A stretch of DNA of 32,000 nt, from contig CAYSNH010000001.1 in NCBI GenBank assembly GCA_964432405.1, forward strand, positions 60,001 to 92,000, in the 5' to 3' direction. Positions 26,301 through 32,000 of the stretch are shown piece by piece. The notes under the pieces were generated by a model. That model made no database searches. It was given only the letters and a program-made list of their open reading frames with translations, and was not told where the DNA came from. Made by a program: the position numbers and the translations under genes. The stretch is from an uncultured Candidatus Saccharibacteria bacterium. Lineage in GTDB: Bacteria > Patescibacteriota > Minisyncoccia > UBA6257 > UBA11618. The first letter of the stretch is position 1; every line of letters begins with the position of its first letter.

Positions 26301-26768
26301 CGCATAAGCACTTCGAGAAGAAGGACCAAAATAACCGGTACCAGCACTCAAACCAACTGGAGCCAAAACGGTAGATGCATTAGCATTCTGCCATTTGATA
26401 ACAGCGGTTTTAGTTAAGGAACCAAAGTAAGAGGTCTCATTTCCAGGAGAACCTGCACCACTAGAAGCTACTTGATGACCAGCACTATTTAAGTACTTCT
26501 GCAAACACATTACGTCATCTCCTTTACTACCCATTGTGAGGCTCCGGGTAAAGTTACAAGAAACGGACGAAGTAGTAGTTGCAGTTGAACCTTGCATAGA
26601 AGCCAACTGAGCTTGTAGCGTCGCGATTTGCGCCAATAAAGACTGAATCTGATCCTGAACACTCTGAGCATTAGCCGCGACAGGCATTAATGCAGCAGCA
26701 CCAGTAAGCCAAACTACTGTAGTTGCAGATAAAGCAACAGAAGTAATTTTATTTATTGTTTTTTTCAT
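23307..26768 (-). CDS. Large secreted cell-surface (S-layer-like) protein: signal peptide, coiled-coil, PG_binding_1-like domain, and at least 6 divergent beta-sandwich repeats
   Basis: Signal peptide ..AALMPVAANA. Heptad-like QIQSLLAQIATLQAQLASMQ. Peptidoglycan-binding-domain pattern GSKGDDVMCLQKYLNSAGH..YFGSLTKTAVIKWQNAN. About 950 aa of T/S/A/G/V-rich sequence follow, built from recurring modules of roughly 110-130 aa (..L.EFKV.A....V.V..I.L......L..L.L....G.......F......I..G..+...V.AD..). Confidence 0.85.
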   Translation of the reverse strand: MKKTINKITSVALSATTVVWLTGAAALMPVAANAQSVQDQIQSLLAQIATLQAQLASMQGSTATTTSSVSCNFTRSLTMGSKGDDVMCLQKYLNSAGHQVASSGAGSPGNETSYFGSLTKTAVIKWQNANASTVLAPVGLSAGTGYFGPSSRSAYASMVASSPGTPSTPSTPGAGVPSGSLTYSLAADNPASSNIPKGASEVTFMKLAVSGSGTVDSLKFKRTGLGATADFVSSGVKLYEGSTRLTTGKSVNGTSHEVIFPNLKLDVSGLRTISLTSDISSSATAGNVNAFELIEINGEALASPIKGNSMNIGGASVGTVTVAKVGSQPSNPTVGEVGAKLTEFKVTAGTVEDVEVRRIVLTDTGSITNGYLTNLVMKQAGNVVATTAGVTGRDMFVFELDSPFKVLKGQNRSFEVFGDISPLAKKDDTVDLYMDLTNDAHVTGLTYGYGVTVTNNFTSSLNHTALTLQGAEITITFNGPNARDIAKDAQDVTLFDFSIATKNNVEIKSIGLLTSTTGLSASTEGFADFKLVDAATGAAVTTSVDIANNTSSTQTFTDVINIAAGTTRRFLATADVDTNNPADSSIKVTLTQFAGTDIRNLDNNQDVAIADIVPNAKIVGNAQTVQTPGLAITLAGSPPAHNIVGGNTNEKLLGFNLKASSGDIKVTQIAISVDAGTGTDAQAQNDLRTIGLYVDDQLISEKKNLASITSANQATFSQVNYTVPDGQTKTVEVRADLVATDATSANVYFAYLTNTDVTATDADGNSVTPSGTNINGSVGSAGSITVTVATPSVQIVKVNNSVTEAGVLTPGEQTLAQWDFFAKESEAQINKLRIGVASTTTIGASSHDSLAQEVKEIRLYDGSTLLGSGVPAASGTDAGVVKLENSSGIVTIPANTVKQLTVKAVLGDCADSSCSSYTLKGLSGQSTSTDNLVAFIATSTNFEAVSGNTTITSITSSDGEEVGNVKRLYKSFPTITVSSPSSSILSTGEVEALKFTIAADSSGDIEVGRLEINVVTAIASITADTVTIRSGGVDIAESSTIANLVDVAGGADGIIEFTTPERITAGTSKTYSLFLDVTAVNSGSDSLVTKLKGDASDYVTPETFAINSQGTNSFVWSDMAGSSGSPHSTSTTDWHNGFNLKTLPSGAKGLTKS

Positions 26769-26894
26769 CTTTATTGTAATTTTTAATTACGACTTAAATT
26801 TTAAATTTTTTATAATTGTTTTTACCAAATCAATACCCTATATCAATCGACCAATTATAGTAGTAATGACCGTTATTAACTAATTTAATAAATG

Positions 26895-26919
26895 AAAAAC
26901 TCCGATATGAAGTCGGAGG
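26895..26919 (-). terminator. Terminator-like hairpin with a U5 tail inside the 319-bp intergenic region
   Basis: The minus-strand RNA reads CUCCGA-CUUCAUA-UCGGAG followed by UUUUU. The stem is only 6 bp, so it would be weak if functional. Confidence 0.35.
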
Positions 26920-27003
26920 CCAAATTTAAAAAAACCAACTAATTCAGCCTCACCTGAACCAATTATTTATATTAATTCAATTTCATCAATTTTTATAACT
27001 AAA

Positions 27004-27031
27004 ATTGTACACTATTGCTATTAAAAGTCAA
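27004..27031 (-). promoter_or_regulatory. Near-consensus sigma70-type promoter (TTGACT-16-TACAAT) upstream of the surface-protein gene
   Basis: The minus strand reads TTGACTtttaatagcaatagtgTACAAT. The predicted TSS near 26997 lies about 230 nt upstream of ATG 26768. A second candidate -10 (TATAAT, plus 26854-26859) lacks a good -35. Confidence 0.45.
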
Positions 27032-27087
27032 CAAAATTATTGATTTCAACAGCGTTCCCAAAATATAACGAAAAAAATAATCTTTTA

Positions 27088-27699
27088 TTACGCTCCTACT
27101 ATAGTATAACTAGTCCCCGGCCCACTACTCCCTATTTTATTAACTAAACCTTGATTAACTAGCTTTTGAAGATCATAACGCAAAGTCCTCTCACTAACAT
27201 GTGGAAGTAATATAATAAGGTCTTTTAACTGACAACCCTCCTTAGAACTCTTTATTTTCTCCAAAATAGCTGACTGTCTTATGATGGATTTAGCTATATT
27301 TCTCTCTTCAATATCATTATTAGGGCTATTTTTAGAGTTAATTTCCGAATTATTGCCCTTGTTTTTATTGATAATACTAGGCTTAGAGAACAATGACTCT
27401 AAGTCCGGCAATTTATCTAATCCGGCAAATTGCCGTATTGCCGTATTAAGTGTGGATAACTCGTTGATAAGTATAGTCGCATTCAAAGGTTCTATCTCAT
27501 AAATCTGCTTTCCAAACCTAATAAAAGCTTCTAGGGCTCTAGTGGTTTCCAACATCTTTTCAAAGTTGTTAAGAGAAGCTTCCTCTAATAGTTGAAAAGA
27601 ATACTTCTCAATCCTCTGCCTAAGCTCTGATCGTCTAATGTAAACTGAAATCCTTAATAGGACGTAAGATATCTCTCTACTCTTTTTAAGAATAAACAT
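27088..27699 (-). CDS. DeoR-type winged-helix DNA-binding protein with a helical N-terminal domain
   Basis: The C-terminal LKDLIILLPHVSERTLRYDLQKLVNQGLVNKIG fits the DeoR HTH pattern (vS..TlRrDL..L...G.v). An N/K/S low-complexity linker and an alpha-helical N-terminal half precede it. Confidence 0.6.
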   Translation of the reverse strand: MFILKKSREISYVLLRISVYIRRSELRQRIEKYSFQLLEEASLNNFEKMLETTRALEAFIRFGKQIYEIEPLNATILINELSTLNTAIRQFAGLDKLPDLESLFSKPSIINKNKGNNSEINSKNSPNNDIEERNIAKSIIRQSAILEKIKSSKEGCQLKDLIILLPHVSERTLRYDLQKLVNQGLVNKIGSSGPGTSYTIVGA

Positions 27700-27705
27700 G
27701 TGGCT

Positions 27706-27734
27706 ACAGTGTAAAAAATATTATCCAACACTGT
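27706..27734. promoter_or_regulatory. 7-bp inverted repeat ACAGTGT-N15-ACACTGT immediately upstream of the HTH gene; candidate operator
   Basis: The arms are at 27706-27712 and 27728-27734. The AT-rich 15-nt centre reads TAATAT-like on the minus strand. The repeat ends 6 nt before ATG 27699. Confidence 0.3.
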
Positions 27735-27746
27735 CAAACGAGATTG

Positions 27747-28502
27747 TTACAACAGCCAGCTTGAAGCAAGAAAAATGACTGATGACAATATGAAAAATAA
27801 TAATAAGTCTTTGACGATAATTTTCTTTCTTAACTTACCCCAAAAATGATTGAGGAATAAGTCGCTAAACAGAAAGACTATTAAAATCATAAAGTTAGCT
27901 GAACTCAAAAAACCAATAGGTAGCCAGCTAACTAACCACAACAATTGACCAATTATCATGGTCATTACAACGCTAGCAATTAATAATCGATTACTCTTTA
28001 CTTTATTGTCCTCTGATGACGCTATCAGCACAGATAACAACTCTCTTGATAGACCGAAGACTAGAACTAGAAATAAAAGCCACTTGCCAACAAACAAGGA
28101 TGATTTATCAATTAAAAAGAAATTTAGGAATGCCAAGTAAAAAAGAGAAAAATTTAAAAACAAGTACCAGCCCCTTCTTTTTATAAGAACAAGATTTTTT
28201 AAACCTAAAATAAGGAAAAATAAAACGGCTAAAAATGATGCCAATAAGACACTGAATAGAGTAGAGGTGATTATCGCTGTCGTTCCAAAAGCAATAATCA
28301 TCAATATAATCAACGATGGAAGAAATATTAAAGCGTTATGCAAAGAACGGAAATATAATATAGCAGTTGCCAATAGGAGAAAAAAAATAGCGGTCAAGGT
28401 CCCAACCTGGTAAAACCAGAATAATAAAAGACCAAAAAATGCCGCCCTAAACGCTAATTGAGATATTGGATTTTTCGAAAGATATTTTAGCTTTGTCTCC
28501 AT
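27747..28502 (-). CDS. Polytopic membrane protein of unknown function (about 7-8 TM helices)
   Basis: Almost entirely hydrophobic helices rich in L/F/I. The first ATG is at 28502, and the track start at 28517 is a GTG. Either start lies inside the 3' end of clpB. Confidence 0.55.
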   Translation of the reverse strand: METKLKYLSKNPISQLAFRAAFFGLLLFWFYQVGTLTAIFFLLLATAILYFRSLHNALIFLPSLIILMIIAFGTTAIITSTLFSVLLASFLAVLFFLILGLKNLVLIKRRGWYLFLNFSLFYLAFLNFFLIDKSSLFVGKWLLFLVLVFGLSRELLSVLIASSEDNKVKSNRLLIASVVMTMIIGQLLWLVSWLPIGFLSSANFMILIVFLFSDLFLNHFWGKLRKKIIVKDLLLFFILSSVIFLASSWLL

Positions 28503-31089
28503 CTTTAATTTGTCCACCTATTATCTTATCTGCCAATTTATCTAAAATTACCCTCTGAATCAATCTTTTGACCGGTCTCACTCCATAATTAATATCAAAA
28601 CCATTATCAACTATATACTTCTTAGCTGACTTATCAATCATTATTTTAATGTTTTTATCTGCTAACATCTTTTTTACCTGAACTAATTGAATATCAACAA
28701 TTTTTTCAATATCTTTCTTCTGCAGCGCATTAAAAATAATAATATCGTCTAAACGATTCAAAAATTCTGGCCTAAACTTATCTTTAAGAGATTGTTGAAC
28801 CAATCCTTTAAAGTTCTGTTCCGCCCCCTTGCTACCCTCTTCTAACTGAGAACCAAATCCTATACTAGACATCTTTTTGAAATACTGACTACCGACATTA
28901 GAAGTCATAATAATAATAGAATTCTTAAAATTAATAACCTTCCCTTTACTGTCAGTTAATCGGCCGTTATCAAGAACTTGCAATAAAAGATTGAAAACTT
29001 CTGGATGAGCCTTCTCGATTTCATCAAATAAGATCAGGCTATATGGTCGATGACGAACAACCTCTGTTAATTGACCACCCTCCTCAAAGCCAACATATCC
29101 CGGAGGAGAGCCTATCAATTTTGAAACCGCATGTCTTTCCATGTATTCCGACATATCAATCCTTACCAAAGACCGATCATCGTTAAACATAAATTCTGCC
29201 AAAGCTTTAGCAAGCTCTGTTTTCCCTACCCCTGTTGGACCCAAAAACATAAAAGATCCCAGCGGCCTGTCCTCATCTGCTAAACCAGCTCGACTGCGAC
29301 GTAAAGCGGAAGAAATAACTTCAATAGCTTTTTGTTGCCCAACCACTCTACCTTTTAAAACGCCCTCAATTTTCATTAATTTCTCTGATTCAGACTCCAT
29401 CATCTTATTAACCGGAATACCCGTCCAACGAGAAACCACTGAAGCAACATCCTCTTCATCAACAGCTTCTTTCAAAAACTTATCCTTATCTTGTTTTTTT
29501 CTAGCCTTAGGATTACCAAAGCACTTCTTTTCAAAAACCTTGAATTCTTTTTCAGCAGCTGGCAACTTACCATACAAAATCTGAGCCACCTCTTCTAAAT
29601 TACCTTCTCTTTCTGCAATTTCTGCCTCTCTTTTAAAATCATCTATTTTACGCCTCAAACTGTGCAAACCTTCAAAGGCAATTTTTTCTGCGTGCCAACG
29701 ACTAGACAATTCATCATTATTATCTTTGAATCCTGTTAATTTCTCACTAATTTCTGCCAAACGCTCTTTATTTTTATCTTCACCATCACTAACTAAAGCT
29801 GAGCGCTCTATTTCTAAACGAGTGATTTCTTGTCTAACTTTATCAATCTCTTGAGGCAAACTCTCAGTTTCCAGCCTTCTAGCTGCTGCTGCCTCATCCA
29901 TTAAATCAACCGCCTTATCAGGCAAAAAACGATCAGTAATATAACGTGCTGATAAATTAACTGCTGCAACTAACGCCTCATCACTAATCCGTAAACCATG
30001 ATGAATCTCGTATTTTTCTTTTAGCCCTCGTAAAATAGCTGTTGTATCTTCTAACGTAGGCTCTTCAGCTATAATAGGTTGAAAACGTCGCTCTAATGCC
30101 GAATCTTTTTCTATATAACGCTGATATTCTTTTAGGGTAGTAGCTCCAATTGCATGCAGCTCACCACGAGCCAACGAAGGCTTTAATAGATTGGAAGCAT
30201 CAATAGCTCCCTCAGCTGCTCCAGCTCCAACAATAGTGTGCAGCTCATCGATAAATAAAATCATCCTACCAGATGAATTTTTAATTTCTTTAATAAAAGC
30301 TTTAAGACGATCTTCAAATTCCCCTCTGAATTTTGTTCCAGCTACCAAAGATCCTAAGTCCAGCATTATTATTTCTTTCTCTTTAAGAGTCTCTGGAATA
30401 TCACCATCAACAATTCTTTGGGCTAGGCCCTCTACAATAGCCGTCTTACCTACTCCTGGTTCTCCTATAAGGACTGGATTGTTTTTAGTGCGTCGAGACA
30501 AGACCTGCACCAAGCGTCGTAATTCATCTTCTCGACCAATAACTGGATCTAACTTACCTTCCTTAGCTTTTTGAGTTAAATTAACTGCGTATTTTTCTAA
30601 AACCTGAAACTTACTCTCCGGCATCTCGTCAGTCACCCTCATCGAACCTCTTAAATGAGCTAGAGTTCTTAATAGATTGTCTCTTCGCACGCCTAGTTTT
30701 TCTAAAATACCCTGAGCGCTTGATCGAGTGTCAACAATACTTAATAACAAATGCTCGCAAGAAATAAACTCATCTTTTTGAGCTAAAGCAATCTTAGCGG
30801 CTCTATCAAGCATCTGAATCACCTCATGAGATAAATAAAGCTGCCCTACTGAAGCAGCAGAAAAAATCTTCGGCATCTTTTCTAACTCTTCTTCTATTTT
30901 TTGATGGAGATCCTCAAAATCAATGCCAGACTTCAATAACATTGGTTGAGTTAAAGACTGACTGTCAGATAATAGGCTGTGTAATAAGTGGATAGCCTTA
31001 AACTCGCCATGATTTCGCTTTGTAGCTAAATCTTGGGCGTTCTGTAAAGCTTCCTGCGCTTTGATGGTAAAGCGATGAAATGATTTCAT
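28447..31089 (-). CDS. clpB: ClpB disaggregase (class 1 AAA+ chaperone)
   Basis: 880 aa with a Clp_N repeat domain, NBD1 Walker A GEPGVGKT, a long coiled-coil M-domain, NBD2 Walker A GPTGVGKT, and the Walker B and sensor regions ([18 protein letters not shown]). Confidence 0.95.
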   Translation of the reverse strand: MKSFHRFTIKAQEALQNAQDLATKRNHGEFKAIHLLHSLLSDSQSLTQPMLLKSGIDFEDLHQKIEEELEKMPKIFSAASVGQLYLSHEVIQMLDRAAKIALAQKDEFISCEHLLLSIVDTRSSAQGILEKLGVRRDNLLRTLAHLRGSMRVTDEMPESKFQVLEKYAVNLTQKAKEGKLDPVIGREDELRRLVQVLSRRTKNNPVLIGEPGVGKTAIVEGLAQRIVDGDIPETLKEKEIIMLDLGSLVAGTKFRGEFEDRLKAFIKEIKNSSGRMILFIDELHTIVGAGAAEGAIDASNLLKPSLARGELHAIGATTLKEYQRYIEKDSALERRFQPIIAEEPTLEDTTAILRGLKEKYEIHHGLRISDEALVAAVNLSARYITDRFLPDKAVDLMDEAAAARRLETESLPQEIDKVRQEITRLEIERSALVSDGEDKNKERLAEISEKLTGFKDNNDELSSRWHAEKIAFEGLHSLRRKIDDFKREAEIAEREGNLEEVAQILYGKLPAAEKEFKVFEKKCFGNPKARKKQDKDKFLKEAVDEEDVASVVSRWTGIPVNKMMESESEKLMKIEGVLKGRVVGQQKAIEVISSALRRSRAGLADEDRPLGSFMFLGPTGVGKTELAKALAEFMFNDDRSLVRIDMSEYMERHAVSKLIGSPPGYVGFEEGGQLTEVVRHRPYSLILFDEIEKAHPEVFNLLLQVLDNGRLTDSKGKVINFKNSIIIMTSNVGSQYFKKMSSIGFGSQLEEGSKGAEQNFKGLVQQSLKDKFRPEFLNRLDDIIIFNALQKKDIEKIVDIQLVQVKKMLADKNIKIMIDKSAKKYIVDNGFDINYGVRPVKRLIQRVILDKLADKIIGGQIKDGDKAKISFEKSNISISV

Positions 31090-31100
31090 ATAGCACTTTA

Positions 31101-31129
31101 AAAGTAATATAAAATAACCGCCTAGTCAA
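31101..31129 (-). promoter_or_regulatory. Candidate clpB promoter (TTGACT-17-TACTTT)
   Basis: The minus strand reads TTGACTaggcggttattttatatTACTTT, ending 11 nt before ATG 31089. This implies a leader of about 5 nt with no SD. Confidence 0.3.
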
Positions 31130-31146
31130 TTAAAAAACCCTCTATT

Positions 31147-32000
31147 TTATTTACCAAATCGTTGCTTAAAAATCTTCAAAGCCGAGACTATTTCCGCTTT
31201 GGTAGTATATCTTCCTAAAGAAATCCTCAAACTGCTAAAAGCTCTATCTTCTGAGCCTCCTAAAGCCTCAATTACATAAGACGGCTTAATACTCCGAGCC
31301 GAGCAAGCTGTACCAGAAGAAACAGCTAAACCCCAAATATCTAACTCGATACAAAGATCAGAAGCCGGTCGGCCTGGAAAATAAATATTAATATTATTAG
31401 GTAGTCGATTTTTAAGAGAGCCGTTCATCTCTATATCAGAAACAACATCTTTCATCTCCTTCCAAAAATAATCTCGTAGCTCACCAACTCTCCTTAACTC
31501 TTTGTTCCTATTTTTTTCCACCAACTCCATCGCCTTAGCTAAACCAATAATATAAGGAACGTTCTCCGTACCCGATCGCAAACCACTCTCCTGACCACCG
31601 CCAGTGATGATAGGAGCCAACAAACCCTTATCCTTAACGCAAAGCAAGCCGATACCCTTAGGACCATAAATCTTATGAGCCGATAAGGTTAATAGATCAG
31701 CCCCTAGTTTTTTTATTGAACAAGGTAAATATTGAAAAGCTTGTACCGCATCAGTATGAAATAATGGATAATTATCCTCGCCTTTATATTTTTTAATTAA
31801 CTCCCCAATTTTTTTAACCGGTTGAATAGTACCAATCTCATTATTAGCGTACATTATAGAAACTAGGATGGTTCTCTTATTAAGAGCTCTTTCTACCTCC
31901 TTACAATCAACAATACCCTCTTTATTAACTGGAATATAAACAACCTCAACCCCTTCTTTTTCTAAATCTCGACAAGTTTCCAAAATAGACTCGTGCTCAA
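31147..32000 (-). CDS. NifS/IscS-type cysteine desulfurase (class V aminotransferase), C-terminal part; the N-terminus lies beyond the window
   Basis: The frame stays open upstream of the track start, whose 'M' at 31983 is a TTG codon; the preceding codons read ..EHESI. PLP-lysine motif LTLSAHKIYGPKGIG and active-site loop SSGTACSA. Confidence 0.9.
   Translation of the reverse strand, partial: EHESILETCRDLEKEGVEVVYIPVNKEGIVDCKEVERALNKRTILVSIMYANNEIGTIQPVKKIGELIKKYKGEDNYPLFHTDAVQAFQYLPCSIKKLGADLLTLSAHKIYGPKGIGLLCVKDKGLLAPIITGGGQESGLRSGTENVPYIIGLAKAMELVEKNRNKELRRVGELRDYFWKEMKDVVSDIEMNGSLKNRLPNNINIYFPGRPASDLCIELDIWGLAVSSGTACSARSIKPSYVIEALGGSEDRAFSSLRISLGRYTTKAEIVSALKIFKQRFGK

Noticed and set aside
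23307-26768. Diversity-generating retroelement target or phase-variable surface gene
   Set aside because: There is no reverse transcriptase ORF, no template/variable repeat pair, no invertible-segment inverted repeats, and no homopolymer or short tandem repeat tracts near the start that could drive phase variation.
26892-26942. 16-codon plus-strand mini-ORF (MKNSDMKSEAKFKKTN) in the long intergenic region
   Set aside because: It is too short, has no SD or promoter context, and coincides with the terminator-like hairpin on the other strand. It is most likely fortuitous.
27281-30574. Plus-strand ORFs 27281..27502, 27958..28140, 29141..29584 and 30191..30574
   Set aside because: They are antisense to the HTH gene, the membrane protein and clpB. 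They are shadow ORFs with no motifs.
31091-31100. TAGCACTTT resembling one arm of the CIRCE/HrcA heat-shock operator (TTAGCACTC-N9-GAGTGCTAA) just upstream of clpB
   Set aside because: Only one half-site is present. No complementary arm lies 9 nt away on either side, so this is not a CIRCE element.
1-32000. Alternative genetic code (UGA recoding, as in some candidate phyla), CRISPR arrays, tRNA/rRNA genes, IS elements or prophage genes
   Set aside because: Standard-code ORFs tile the window almost without gaps, and TGA is used as a genuine stop (csrA-1, csrA-2, gap, trxB, the methyltransferase). No direct-repeat/spacer array, cloverleaf-like sequence, transposase or integrase was seen. The scan was by eye only, so small RNAs could have been missed.

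Overview
AT-rich, tightly packed bacterial chromosome segment. Gene content and style suggest a small-genome Patescibacteria/CPR-like organism, but this is inference only because no rRNA marker lies in the window. I count about 31 protein-coding genes, two of them cut by the window edges. By eye I found no rRNA, tRNA, CRISPR array, transposase or integrase. Standard code 11 fits, with long gap-free ORFs and TAA, TAG and TGA all used as stops. Layout: (i) 1-8407, one minus-strand run of 11 genes: SpoU methyltransferase, DUF192, GAPDH, RpiB, Rpe, split transketolase interrupted by an 85-aa Cys-rich membrane micro-ORF, PfkB kinase, an unrecognisable 418-aa protein, and class II FBA. The FBA is missing from the ORF track because it is open at the edge. 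(ii) 8495-9074, two diverged tandem csrA genes, each with its own promoter and terminator. (iii) 9105-12708, a membrane-anchored 149-aa protein coupled to a 1050-aa secreted protein with a zinc PLC/P1-nuclease-like domain and a lamin-tail domain. (iv) A divergent wHTH/Cas2-PaaX-like regulator. (v) A DsbA, glutaredoxin-like and TrxB thiol-redox trio. (vi) 15447-23228, a Wzx-type glycan assembly cluster ending in a Wzy_C/O-antigen-ligase-like protein with TPR repeats. (vii) 23307-26768, a 1153-aa Ser/Thr-rich, peptidoglycan-binding, multi-repeat surface protein preceded by a 319-bp leader. (viii) A DeoR-type HTH protein, a polytopic membrane protein, ClpB and a partial NifS/IscS-type cysteine desulfurase. 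The best candidates for undescribed biology are the unknown 418-aa gene and the zinc-finger-tailed micro-protein inside the sugar-phosphate operon, the secreted PLC/nuclease-LTD module, and a possible surface-protein O-glycosylation locus. All functional calls rest on motif recognition by eye. No database search was run.
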